A stretch of 64,000 nt of DNA from Verrucomicrobiota bacterium (GTDB taxonomy: Bacteria; Verrucomicrobiota; Verrucomicrobiia; Opitutales; Seribacteraceae), in contig JAQBYT010000010.1 in assembly GCA_027622665.1 (NCBI GenBank), positions 1 to 64,000 on the forward strand. The letters are read 5' to 3'. A program made the translations under genes and the position numbers. Position 1 is the first letter of the stretch, and each line of letters begins with the position of its first letter. The notes beneath the pieces are model-generated. The model was given only the letters and a program-made list of their open reading frames with translations. It ran no database searches and was not told where the DNA came from. Of this stretch, positions 48,053 through 58,064 are shown piece by piece.

Positions 48053-51000
48053 TTGCCCACGAATCATACCAAGCCAGTAAAACGGGCTCATAACAACCGT
48101 CGAGGTTTCGCACTTGTACTTGCCTTGGCTCTTATGAGCCTTGTCTTTTTATTGGTGGTCACTCTTATCACCCAAGTTGGCGCCGAGTTGCGATTAACGG
48201 AGTTACGCAAACAAAAGGTTTTGGCTGCAGGTAATGCACGCATGGGCCTCATGGTGGCTATTGGGGAACTACAGAAACACGCCGGTCTGGATACCCGGTC
48301 GACGGGGACTGCGAGCTTACTGGACGACGATCCCAGCACACCGGAACTGGAAAAAGTCGCGAATCCTTATTGGACGGGCATATGGAAGAGACAGTCAGCC
48401 CCCCCCCTCTCGCCCAAGAACTTGGAAAGTAGTTCCATGGCTCCCAAAGTAGACAAAGATGGGAATTTACTAGGAGATCCTCCCGACGTCATGTACGACT
48501 CGGAATTCGATGATCACCCGGCCAACGAAGTCGCTTGGCTGGTGAGTGGAAACGAAGGCAAAAAATTTCAGGGCAAAAGACGGCACCAGTGGCTTCACGA
48601 CGATGATGAAACAGACGACCAATATCGCAGTCGAATTAGGGAAGACAAAGACAGTGACGGAAAGCCGGACTACTTCCACCCTGTTTTCGACGACGTGCCC
48701 GACCCTGACTCCAGTGGTTCGGAAAGCGTTTGGATCGTGAACAACTCGGTACTCGATCCGGAAAACATAGATCCGGTTTTGTACGGCAAGGTTAAGGTCA
48801 TGAAGACGGAGATGACGCTGGACCACTCTCAAATCGTGCCACCTTCAAATTCATCTCCAACCGGTTCCCCCGGTTCTCCGCCGATCTCTTCACCGAATAA
48901 CCAAAGGTCGGCGGGGGCATATGCCTATTGGGTCGGAGACGAAGGGGTGAAAACAAAAGCAAACGTAGTGAACCCCCATAAAGATGCAGATATTTCATCG
49001 AATTACGGGGCAGCGGAAAGCAACCTGATTGTCTCGCCAGAACCGAACTTAAAGGATGGTCACGACTTAGTTGTCGATCCCGCCTATGACGAAAACCGCA
49101 GGAAAGTTATCAATCTTACGGACATTGACAATCTCTCACCAACATACGCAGGCCAAGGACAACTCACCGGATCTGACGACGAACAACTCAAGTATAGGTT
49201 TCACACTCTAACCACCCATTCCGCAGGTATACTGTCCGACGTATCCCATGGCGGCTTAAAACGGGACCTTACGGGCTACTTTGGAAAACCCGACGATGAC
49301 TGGACTTTAATACGGAATCCCGATGGAACCAATATTAAAGGCGACGGAGAAATGAACGAGCTTCCACTTTTTCACGAACAAGTGCACTACCTTAAGGAAT
49401 TCGCCGCAGGAACGGACAAAGCAAATTTCTGGCGCTACGGGAATGACGCTCCCATTGATTCAAAAAACGGCTTCATGTTTGGCCCGATGTGGAACGTATT
49501 GAGAGACTACTATAAATTGTACGAGCATTTCTCAGGCAACGATCCTTATGGGATGTCAGTTCCTCCCGAAGCCCCCGATCGCTTCCCACAACGCGTAGGG
49601 GATCATTTCGTGACTTTTGACTCTCGCCCCGGAAACAAAGGCGGATCAAGCGGAAATACGATGCAGCCTTATCTTAGGCATCATCCCAAGTTTTCCCAAT
49701 ACGGACCGAATTCCTACAATATGGCACATCGGCGAGAAGAGCCGTCGAATCATCCCATTGGTCCGGTTCTGGTCGAGCTTCAACACAGGCAAATAATCTA
49801 CACCGCGCAAGCGGGAACCGACTCCACGCTTCGCTTGGCGATCATGCCAACTTTTGCCCTGTGGAATCCATATAACGTAAAGCTTTCGGCTGCTAGATAT
49901 CAAATGGAGTACAAAATGAGAGATTGTACAATCGCCGCCTACAACACCAAGGAACGTGAAATCTTTTACAAATGGAGCATCCACAGTCAACGTAATGCGG
50001 CTCTCCACCCCAATCCAAGATACACTATACACCGTGAGCGAGCTCGAGATATAGATAAAAACGGGAATTACTATGGCTTCTGGGGGTTGGACCAGTATAA
50101 TTGGGGTGACCCCCACGCGGGAGGCGAACCGTACATGGACATCAACCTCAACAGTCGCTTCGACCCCGGCGAACCATTCGAAGATAAGAACGGAAACGGC
50201 TCCCACGATGGCGGGGGGGGAGCCAATGACGAATGGAGGACCGTAGAACATCGGTTGTGGCACGAGGACATGAGTCGAAGATATGGCAATAAGGACGACC
50301 TCAATGGTTCGGACTGGATCACCAATGTGGTTAGAAACGAGCTGATGCCGGGACCATTAAACAAAGCTATCTCCGATAATTTTCTTGATTTCCGAACGCG
50401 TAATGAACCAGGTACTTTTCCGACCTTCATGCCCTATGTCGACAACCAGAACCGCGTGCAGCACTTCCAGCCTTACAGATCCGACCCGACCGAGGGCGGA
50501 GGGGGAAATCCTAATCTTCCTCTAAAATTACTAACGGAACTCATTTCTTTCGAACCAGGTCAAAAATTGTTGTTTTGCGTAGAGCCCGGTCCCAACCGCT
50601 ATCAACCGGGAACCACCATCAACATGGTAAATCATCACGGCAGCTCCCCCCTCCATCACGTCTACTTCGAGGGAGACGCCTCCCGATTCAGTATTCCCGG
50701 AAACGACCCCATTACCATCCGGCATGTCGCACATGGAGCTGAAGGTTTCAACCGGGGGGATTCTGAACAATCGCACAACGCAATCATAAGCCAACCCCAG
50801 CTCCTAGCTAAGGGAATCGTGCTATACTTGATGGACGGTAGCGTGAGACGGCCGCTACAGAAGGTTAACAAAGAATTCGGCGGCGACATCCAACTCTGGA
50901 GAGATGACTATCGGCAAGCCAATGATCTCGCACAGAGCAAGCTTCCCCAGAGAATCGCGAGTGGGGAAGGCTTGGGATATAGGATTCGTCGCAAAATATC

Positions 51001-53233
51001 CACCACATCCCAGAGAATTGTGTTCCACGAGTTTAATCCAAGGGCACTCGTAGACAGTTACCAAGATGGTTCCGGGGACTTATGGCAAGTGGACAGTTTC
51101 CACAGAAGAGGGAACCGTCAGCCATTGTTAAATCGACAACACGTCGAGTTCTACACTCGGTATCAATTCGACGGAAATTCTACTCAGGAATGGTTGCTAA
51201 GCGAATCAGGCCAATTTCGCAACGTATCCAACTGGGACATCGCTGCCACCGGCAACAAGTTCGCCATACCCGACGTACCTACTCCCGATGCAGGCCGTTA
51301 CTACGGACACTTGGGACATTCCCATAGCATGTCCTCACCGGCAAACCTTCCTACGACTCCCCGCTTAGCCCTTTTCGACGTACCTCGGCAACCAATGCTG
51401 TCCATAGCACAGTTTCAGCACGCCAACCTTAGCTGGTATTCCCACTCACCCGCATACATCGTGGGGAATTCCTATGCCACGGGGCAGGTTGCTAGATACA
51501 AGAAGTGGGGTCGAGTGTCTAGAATCATATGGCAACCTGAAGCTCCCGAATCTCCAAGAAATTATATGGATCGGAGCAAACCTCCCATTGGATCAGAATT
51601 CAACCACGTTTACGGAATTATATCAGATTGGTGGTGGGATTCACGAAATTACGACCATGGGATGGGGGTTCTCCGAGACGCCCACTCCGAAGTGGAACAC
51701 CAAAACGTCACCATTGATCAGAGCGTATACGCCAACGAGACACTTTTTGACGGATATTACTTTTCTTCCGTTCCTACCGAAGAAGTCGACAGTTCTTTTT
51801 CGCAACGAGAAATTGATGACAACACTCCTCTTCGCAACGGTCGCCTACTCTACTATCGAGATAAAGGGCAATCGCCGGAAATCAGCGAATTGCGTGCCCC
51901 GGAAACGGCAAATGCGAACTTGCTGGTCAACGGTATGTTCAACATCAACTCGACCTCGGTGGCGGCATGGATGGCTCAGCTCGCCAGCCTCTCCGGTAAA
52001 ACCGCAAAAATGCTCGACGTCCAGGATCAGCATATGCTTTCCGGGTCCGCCGGAAGCAGCCAAACGATAAACTTCTCAGCGGGAAAGTTTCCATTCCTTC
52101 GCCACACTGCTCCCTTCGGAGAAGAGATTCCTCCGGCATCCCAAGGCGCCGACCCTAACGATGACTACTGGACGGGGTACGTAGTACTAAACAAAGACCA
52201 ACTTCGCTTGCTCGCCGAAAAAATGGTAACTGAAGTAAAGATTCGTGGTCCTTTCCTCTCCTTGGCCGATTTTATAAATAGAAGAATAACAAAATCCCCG
52301 GAAGTTCCGGGCAAGCCTGGTCATCATTATGATCTTAGATCACTGAAAGCAAATATTTGGCCCGCAGAGACTCCGGAGACTGAGGCAGGATTCCGAGGAA
52401 CTATTCAAGCGGCAATCGCCAATGCGGGTTTCAATAATGCACCCGTCTCAGAAACCATAACTCGAGCTATAAATCACGACAATATGGGAGGCACAACCGA
52501 TTTCAGCTTCCGCAGAAGCATTTTTGGGGAACAGGTTTCCAATAGGAACGAACTAATAGGCAACCCCTATTGGGGACGGGGTATCTGGATGTACGAAAAT
52601 GATAAAAAGTACTATGATGGGCGATCTTTTGATGGGCTCGGAGCTACTCGCGACAGGAAAAAACTTCGGACGGTCTACAAAGACGCATACGATTTTGGCG
52701 AAGCGCCCGACAATTTGCAAGCGATCGAAAGTTCCACAACTGCCGCAATGATGCCCGGATGGCTTACTCAAGGGGACGTATTGACACCTCTGGCACCTGT
52801 AATCTCTCCCAGATCAGACACCTTTATAATCCGCACCTACGGCGAACCCGATGAAGAAACGGGAATAAAGCGATACTGCGAAGCAGTCGTGCAACGGATC
52901 CCGGACTATGTAATCAACGGGCAAGATGCTTCCTTTGAGCAGCGCTCGTCCATCCCTACTCCGGGAGACCCTGCCCACCACCGCCCGAGAGAACCTTTTG
53001 ACGATTGGAATGGCGACGGCATATGGACCGATGGCGAACCTTGGTTGGACCTAAATCAAAACTCACCGAACACATCCAAACTCCTCCGAGCTCAAGGCAA
53101 TGAGGAAGAAGAGCCCGATCTACCGGACACAGGTTGGAATTCGGATCGAGAAATACTAAATCTTACTAATCGTAAGTTCGGTCGCAAGTTCCGTATCGTA
53201 AAGTTTAGATGGTTGACGGAAGAAGAGGTCTGA
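48053..53233 (+). CDS. Giant verrucomicrobial PilX-like protein (Verru_Chthon cassette protein A-like), 1726 aa
   Basis: Prepilin-like RRG/FALVLAL; blocks IGELQK, WLVSG, YAYWVGDEGVK, GGLKRDLT, FNINSTSV, RGPFLSLADFINR, RSDTFIIRTYG, CEAVVQR, FGRKFRIVKFRWL. Confidence 0.85.
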   Translation: MPTNHTKPVKRAHNNRRGFALVLALALMSLVFLLVVTLITQVGAELRLTELRKQKVLAAGNARMGLMVAIGELQKHAGLDTRSTGTASLLDDDPSTPELEKVANPYWTGIWKRQSAPPLSPKNLESSSMAPKVDKDGNLLGDPPDVMYDSEFDDHPANEVAWLVSGNEGKKFQGKRRHQWLHDDDETDDQYRSRIREDKDSDGKPDYFHPVFDDVPDPDSSGSESVWIVNNSVLDPENIDPVLYGKVKVMKTEMTLDHSQIVPPSNSSPTGSPGSPPISSPNNQRSAGAYAYWVGDEGVKTKANVVNPHKDADISSNYGAAESNLIVSPEPNLKDGHDLVVDPAYDENRRKVINLTDIDNLSPTYAGQGQLTGSDDEQLKYRFHTLTTHSAGILSDVSHGGLKRDLTGYFGKPDDDWTLIRNPDGTNIKGDGEMNELPLFHEQVHYLKEFAAGTDKANFWRYGNDAPIDSKNGFMFGPMWNVLRDYYKLYEHFSGNDPYGMSVPPEAPDRFPQRVGDHFVTFDSRPGNKGGSSGNTMQPYLRHHPKFSQYGPNSYNMAHRREEPSNHPIGPVLVELQHRQIIYTAQAGTDSTLRLAIMPTFALWNPYNVKLSAARYQMEYKMRDCTIAAYNTKEREIFYKWSIHSQRNAALHPNPRYTIHRERARDIDKNGNYYGFWGLDQYNWGDPHAGGEPYMDINLNSRFDPGEPFEDKNGNGSHDGGGGANDEWRTVEHRLWHEDMSRRYGNKDDLNGSDWITNVVRNELMPGPLNKAISDNFLDFRTRNEPGTFPTFMPYVDNQNRVQHFQPYRSDPTEGGGGNPNLPLKLLTELISFEPGQKLLFCVEPGPNRYQPGTTINMVNHHGSSPLHHVYFEGDASRFSIPGNDPITIRHVAHGAEGFNRGDSEQSHNAIISQPQLLAKGIVLYLMDGSVRRPLQKVNKEFGGDIQLWRDDYRQANDLAQSKLPQRIASGEGLGYRIRRKISTTSQRIVFHEFNPRALVDSYQDGSGDLWQVDSFHRRGNRQPLLNRQHVEFYTRYQFDGNSTQEWLLSESGQFRNVSNWDIAATGNKFAIPDVPTPDAGRYYGHLGHSHSMSSPANLPTTPRLALFDVPRQPMLSIAQFQHANLSWYSHSPAYIVGNSYATGQVARYKKWGRVSRIIWQPEAPESPRNYMDRSKPPIGSEFNHVYGIISDWWWDSRNYDHGMGVLRDAHSEVEHQNVTIDQSVYANETLFDGYYFSSVPTEEVDSSFSQREIDDNTPLRNGRLLYYRDKGQSPEISELRAPETANANLLVNGMFNINSTSVAAWMAQLASLSGKTAKMLDVQDQHMLSGSAGSSQTINFSAGKFPFLRHTAPFGEEIPPASQGADPNDDYWTGYVVLNKDQLRLLAEKMVTEVKIRGPFLSLADFINRRITKSPEVPGKPGHHYDLRSLKANIWPAETPETEAGFRGTIQAAIANAGFNNAPVSETITRAINHDNMGGTTDFSFRRSIFGEQVSNRNELIGNPYWGRGIWMYENDKKYYDGRSFDGLGATRDRKKLRTVYKDAYDFGEAPDNLQAIESSTTAAMMPGWLTQGDVLTPLAPVISPRSDTFIIRTYGEPDEETGIKRYCEAVVQRIPDYVINGQDASFEQRSSIPTPGDPAHHRPREPFDDWNGDGIWTDGEPWLDLNQNSPNTSKLLRAQGNEEEEPDLPDTGWNSDREILNLTNRKFGRKFRIVKFRWLTEEEV

Positions 53234-53273
53234 CCCACATAATTTCGCTGACTTTCTAAGCCATAAGGAAGAC

Positions 53274-54197
53274 ATGATTGATTCCCTACCTAAGGCAGTT
53301 GCGTTTTTAATTCTTTTATTAGGAATCCACCAACCCCTGACATTTGGGCAGCTAAATCCGACGCCATCCGGTGGTGCAGGTGTTGATGTGCCGATCGTTG
53401 AAGTTAAAGACGAAGAGTTTGTGGAACCGAAAATCACCTTCTCCGTAGTCGGATGGGGAAACACCAGTCTGAAAGATCTTTTTTACTTTCCTCTCGGAAA
53501 CGGAGAGGACGAAAACGCCTCTTGGGAACCTCTTATCATTGCTCCTGACAAAATATCATCCCCATATGCCTTTTACGGTCGGGAAGATGCTCCCAAAACT
53601 CTTGAGATCTATCACCAAGCGCAAAGCTATGAGAATAGTGAAGGCGACATAGTTGATGTTAATGAAAGTAAAAGGAAACTCGTGGGAACCGCGACCTTTC
53701 CGGAAAACGCGGAAGAAATACTTTTGTTAATTATGTCGAGCGGGAACACAATCCGAAGCTATCCAATGCCATTCGACGAGAAGTCAAACCCTCCGGGTAG
53801 CTATGCTTTCATTTCGCAAAGCAAAAAAGATTACGGCATCCGATTCGGAACCACGACTTTTAATCTCGGTTCCGGAAAAAAGCACCTAGCGTTCGGCAAG
53901 GCTGATAAAAACGGAGATATGTTTTTGCAGGTTTTTGACATCTCCGAAAGGAACAAGCCCAGGCAACGAGCATCGAAACTTTTCTTTGATATTCCGACAG
54001 CCCGAGGGATGGTATGGATTTCCGACAGGAACGGTCTTCCGGCAATTCATAAGATCATGGATTTCGCAGAAGATGAGAATGCCCTGCCAATCGGTCTTCA
54101 ACCAATACCGAGGGAAAAGGCAAAGACTCCCACCCCATCTACTTTACGACCACCTACATCCCCACGGATTAGTCCTTCCGCTCCAACGGGCAACTAA
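53274..54197 (+). CDS. Exported hypothetical protein, companion of the PilX-like gene
   Basis: Signal peptide; beta-rich body; Pro/Thr-rich tail; 40 nt downstream and co-oriented. Confidence 0.75.
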   Translation: MIDSLPKAVAFLILLLGIHQPLTFGQLNPTPSGGAGVDVPIVEVKDEEFVEPKITFSVVGWGNTSLKDLFYFPLGNGEDENASWEPLIIAPDKISSPYAFYGREDAPKTLEIYHQAQSYENSEGDIVDVNESKRKLVGTATFPENAEEILLLIMSSGNTIRSYPMPFDEKSNPPGSYAFISQSKKDYGIRFGTTTFNLGSGKKHLAFGKADKNGDMFLQVFDISERNKPRQRASKLFFDIPTARGMVWISDRNGLPAIHKIMDFAEDENALPIGLQPIPREKAKTPTPSTLRPPTSPRISPSAPTGN

Positions 54198-54215
54198 CTT
54201 CTCCTCGATAATTTC

Positions 54216-55661
54216 ATGTCTCCCGTTGTTTTGTTGTTGGTCGGGATCGGAGTAGTACTCGGGGGAATTCTTTGGTTGAGGTTGCATGCCTTTCTCGCCC
54301 TTACCTTGGCAGCCTTTGTCGTGGGTTTTCTGACACCCCGCGAGAATCTGCTGCACCATTGGGAAGTTGAGAAAAAGGAGTCGATCGAAGTCGCCGGGAA
54401 ACTAGCTGATCAATCCGTTGGGAAAAGAGTAGCCGAGGGTTTTGGGCGCACCTGCGCCAAGGTGGGGCTCATCATCGCAATGGCCGCCATAATCGGGACT
54501 TGTCTGCTGGAAAGCGGAGCGGCCGATCGCATCGTGCGTTCGGCACTTAAACTGTGTGGAGAGAAACGCGCTCCTTATGCCCTTTCCGGAAGCAGCTTCA
54601 TACTGGGGATACCTGTCTTCTTCGACACCGTATTTTACCTCATGATACCCTTGGCGAAAGCTTTGGCTTCCCGCACGGGGAAGAACTACTTGCTGTACGT
54701 CTTGGCCATTATCGCGGGAGGCTCGATGACGCATTCGCTCGTACCACCTACGCCGGGACCGTTGCTGGTCGCCGGTGAACTGGGAGTGGACTTGGGAGAA
54801 ATGATAATAGGTGGCTTGACGGTCGGCATCTTCGGCATGATGGGCGGTTTCGTCTATGCGCGCTGGGCGAACAATCGATGGCCCATGGATGTTCGAGGGA
54901 GCGAGGATTTGACGACCGAGGACCTCAAGACAATGGCCAACCGTACCGATGACGAACTGCCCAGCCTTTGGCTTTCCCTTGCCCCTACCCTCGTCCCTGT
55001 GATTCTGATCGCGGGCTACTCCTTGATGAAACAGGTCTTTGGCGACGAACCGAGCAAAGGACAACAGGAACTGCTTTCCGTTTTGGCCGCCTTGGGCGAC
55101 AAGAACCTAGCCCTGACTCTAGGAGCCGGAATGGCCTTGTGGTTACTTACGAAGTCCGGGGCGAAGAAGGGGAAGGAATTAGTGGATGCCATTCGCAAGT
55201 CCCTCGGAAGCGCGGGGTCCATCATACTCATAACCGGAATGGGAGGAGCTTTTGGCGGCATTCTCCAACAGACAGGCATCGGTTCAGAGGTAAACGCCTG
55301 GGTCGACGGCTCCGGAATGGGACTAACGGGCATACTACTGATAGCGTTTTTCGTAACCGTGGTGATTCGCATTGCTCAAGGTTCGGCCACTGTCGCGATG
55401 ATTACCGCTGTGGGTATCGTTGGAGGTATCATAGAACCGAACGGTGAATATTGGATTGGCTACGTGGCGCTTGCCATCGGATGCGGAGCAAAACCTTTTC
55501 CATGGATGAACGATAGTGGCTTCTGGGTAGTGGGTCGCCTCGCCGGCTTCACCGAGGGGGAAACACTCAAAACCTTCTCCTGTATTATCAGCTTACTTGG
55601 AGTCATCGGCATTGCCGTAACTCTCCTTTTGGCAAATCTTTGGCCCCACTTCATCTTCTAG
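54216..55661 (+). CDS. GntP-family sugar-acid:H+ symporter
   Basis: LHAFLAL, ESGAADRI, IPVFFD, HSLVPPTPGP, RIAQGSATVAM, NDSGFW. Confidence 0.92.
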   Translation: MSPVVLLLVGIGVVLGGILWLRLHAFLALTLAAFVVGFLTPRENLLHHWEVEKKESIEVAGKLADQSVGKRVAEGFGRTCAKVGLIIAMAAIIGTCLLESGAADRIVRSALKLCGEKRAPYALSGSSFILGIPVFFDTVFYLMIPLAKALASRTGKNYLLYVLAIIAGGSMTHSLVPPTPGPLLVAGELGVDLGEMIIGGLTVGIFGMMGGFVYARWANNRWPMDVRGSEDLTTEDLKTMANRTDDELPSLWLSLAPTLVPVILIAGYSLMKQVFGDEPSKGQQELLSVLAALGDKNLALTLGAGMALWLLTKSGAKKGKELVDAIRKSLGSAGSIILITGMGGAFGGILQQTGIGSEVNAWVDGSGMGLTGILLIAFFVTVVIRIAQGSATVAMITAVGIVGGIIEPNGEYWIGYVALAIGCGAKPFPWMNDSGFWVVGRLAGFTEGETLKTFSCIISLLGVIGIAVTLLLANLWPHFIF

Positions 55662-55754
55662 ACAGTGGACTGAAGAAAAAGTTCAAGGCAGTTTCGAGAA
55701 TCCCGTTTTAGCCTTTAGATTGGCGTGACAGTCGAATATCGTTAAGAATAGCCA

Positions 55755-55768
55755 TGATTAAATAATCA
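55755..55768. promoter_or_regulatory. Palindrome just upstream of the dehydratase start
   Basis: TGATTA-AA-TAATCA, ending 3 nt before ATG 55772. Confidence 0.35.
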
Positions 55769-55771
55769 ACG

Positions 55772-57076
55772 ATGCGCATAACTGATCTACGAATTCATTC
55801 CATCGCCATGGCCGATCCTCCGCTGAGGAGTTCCTACGGTCTGCACCAACCCTACGCGCTCCGCAACGTCATTGAACTGGAAAGTGAGGACGGTGTCGTC
55901 GGCATCGCCGAAACATACGGGGGCGAAGAACCGGCTACGGCGTTGGAAAATCTTAGAGACCGCGTAGTGCAAGCAAACCCCTGGAAGTTATTGGGAGATC
56001 TTATTCCATTAATCGAGGGTGGAGCTTCGGGCATGGAAAGATCTCAAACACACCATGTACCCGGAGAAAACCCTCTGGATGCCGATGCAAGAAGCTATGC
56101 GGCGATAGAGACTGCTTGTCTAGACCTAATAGGAAAGAGCTTGGAGGTCCCTGTTTGCGACCTGATAGGTGGTAGGGTGCGCGATTCAGTTTCATTCTCC
56201 GCTTACCCATTCTACAAGCACGACGGTGGCGGTGGCGAAGGCGACGATCTCAGGGACGACGAATACGGTGAAGCCCTTACCCCTGAGCAATTGGTTGTGC
56301 AGGTCAGGCAAATGGTAGATCGTTACGGTTTCAAGGACATCAAGTTCAAGGCGGGCGTACTCGATCCCGAAATTGAGATAGAGACCATAAAACAACTCCG
56401 CCGAGAGCTAGGTCCCGACGTGCCACTCCGCATCGACCCAAACTGTGCATGGTCGATCGACACATCAGTCAAGGTAGGCCTTGCCCTCGCCGATGAGCTA
56501 TCAAACGGAGGTTACCTCGAAGACCCCACCGCAGGACTTGACGGCATGGCTGAGGTTCGCAAACGATTGCTTGCCGAGGGCGTAGACATACCGCTCGCCA
56601 GTAATGTTTCGGTCACCTCGTTCGGGGACCTGCCCGAGGCCGTAAAGAAGGATGCCGTACAGATCGTACTATGTGATCACCACTACTGGGGAGGCATGCG
56701 GCAAGTCCAACATCTGGCCAAAACCTGCCAAACCTTTGGCATCGGTTTGTCGATGCACTCCAACAGTCACCTCGGTATTTCACTTCTCGCCATGACCCAC
56801 GTCGCGGCAGCCACTCACCACCTCTCCTACGCTTGTGATACTCATTACCCATGGCAATCGGAACAAGACGAGATCGCTGACGGCGGGCGAGTTACAATCA
56901 GCAACGGAGAAGTTTCCGTACTTGAAAGCGGAGGACTTGGAGTGAAATTGGACTACGACCAGATCGCCCGAGGGAAGGAATTGTATCACGCAATCCCCTA
57001 TCGCAAACGGGACGACGAAGCGGAAATGCGCAAACACATAGACCCCGACTGGAAGCGAGTTTTGCCCCGTTGGTAA
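55772..57076 (+). CDS. Glucarate-dehydratase-family enolase-superfamily enzyme
   Basis: DPPLRSSYGLHQPY, IETACLDLIGK, KFKAGV, RIDPN, YLEDP, LASN, SMHSNSHLGIS, ACDTHYPW. Confidence 0.85.
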   Translation: MRITDLRIHSIAMADPPLRSSYGLHQPYALRNVIELESEDGVVGIAETYGGEEPATALENLRDRVVQANPWKLLGDLIPLIEGGASGMERSQTHHVPGENPLDADARSYAAIETACLDLIGKSLEVPVCDLIGGRVRDSVSFSAYPFYKHDGGGGEGDDLRDDEYGEALTPEQLVVQVRQMVDRYGFKDIKFKAGVLDPEIEIETIKQLRRELGPDVPLRIDPNCAWSIDTSVKVGLALADELSNGGYLEDPTAGLDGMAEVRKRLLAEGVDIPLASNVSVTSFGDLPEAVKKDAVQIVLCDHHYWGGMRQVQHLAKTCQTFGIGLSMHSNSHLGISLLAMTHVAAATHHLSYACDTHYPWQSEQDEIADGGRVTISNGEVSVLESGGLGVKLDYDQIARGKELYHAIPYRKRDDEAEMRKHIDPDWKRVLPRW

Positions 57077-57102
57077 AACATCGAGCTCAAACAAAGAATT
57101 TT

Positions 57103-57126
57103 GCTTGTCCCTGACAAGTGACAAGC
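57103..57126. promoter_or_regulatory. Candidate operator (inverted plus direct repeat)
   Basis: CTTGTC-CCT-GACAAG followed by a second TGACAAG. Confidence 0.35.
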
Positions 57127-57155
57127 TCCATAGATTTTAGAACTATTAAAACAAA

Positions 57156-58064
57156 ATGTCCGACCAACCGTTCAGCGAACTTATCCCCGAGGGAGTCATA
57201 GGCTTCCCCGTAACACCTTTTCATGCCGACCACGCTCTTAACCTAGAGGGATTCAAAAAGAATCTAGAAGTCATACTTCAAGAACCATTTACTACGTTCG
57301 TTGCCGCGGGCGGCACGGGCGAAATGTATTCCCTCGACCGCGAGGAATATGTCGCAGTCGTACAATCCGCAGTAAACGTTACGGAGGGACGGATGCCGGT
57401 AATAGCAGGCGTCGGTTACGGGTCACGCATTGCCGTGAGCATGGCCACCGAGGCAGCCAAGGCGGGGGCCGCCGCTTTGCTCATTTTGCCCCCCTACTAT
57501 CCAAACCCCGCATTCGAAGGTCTAACTGCCTACTGTAAGGCCATTGGCAATGCTACCGACCTTCCCATGCTTATCTATACCCGGGATTGGTTGAACCTAT
57601 CCGCGGAACAAGCAGAAAATCTCGCCGAGGAAGTGCCCACTCTCGTGGGCTGGAAAGACGGGCAAGGCGAATTGCGAAACTTCCAACGCATCAGATCTCG
57701 ACTCGGTCAACGCTTCACCTGGATTGGCGGCGTAGGCGACGACCACGTCAGCGGCTATTACGGGATCGGAGTACGTCGCTACACTTCCAGTATTTCATGC
57801 GTTGCGCCAAAGCTTTCCATCCTCCTTCATGAGGTCGCTGCCGCACGCGATGAAGGAACACTCGCAGCAGTAACTGACAAACATGTCTTGCCTCTTTACA
57901 ACCTACGTACTCGATGCAAAGGATACGAAGTATCGGCAATGAAAACTCTGCTCGAACTTAGAGGTCTTGCGGGCGGCCCAGTTCGCCCTCCTCTGATCGA
58001 TGTAAAAACCGAGGAGCACCCTGAACTACAAGCCATTCTAGACGGATGGAAAGAATTTCTGTGA
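57156..58064 (+). CDS. kdgD: 5-dehydro-4-deoxyglucarate dehydratase-like DHDPS-family enzyme
   Basis: FPVTPF, AAGGTGEM, LPPYY, IYTRD, KDGQG, GYEVS, GPVRPPL; adjacent to the glucarate dehydratase gene. Confidence 0.8.
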   Translation: MSDQPFSELIPEGVIGFPVTPFHADHALNLEGFKKNLEVILQEPFTTFVAAGGTGEMYSLDREEYVAVVQSAVNVTEGRMPVIAGVGYGSRIAVSMATEAAKAGAAALLILPPYYPNPAFEGLTAYCKAIGNATDLPMLIYTRDWLNLSAEQAENLAEEVPTLVGWKDGQGELRNFQRIRSRLGQRFTWIGGVGDDHVSGYYGIGVRRYTSSISCVAPKLSILLHEVAAARDEGTLAAVTDKHVLPLYNLRTRCKGYEVSAMKTLLELRGLAGGPVRPPLIDVKTEEHPELQAILDGWKEFL

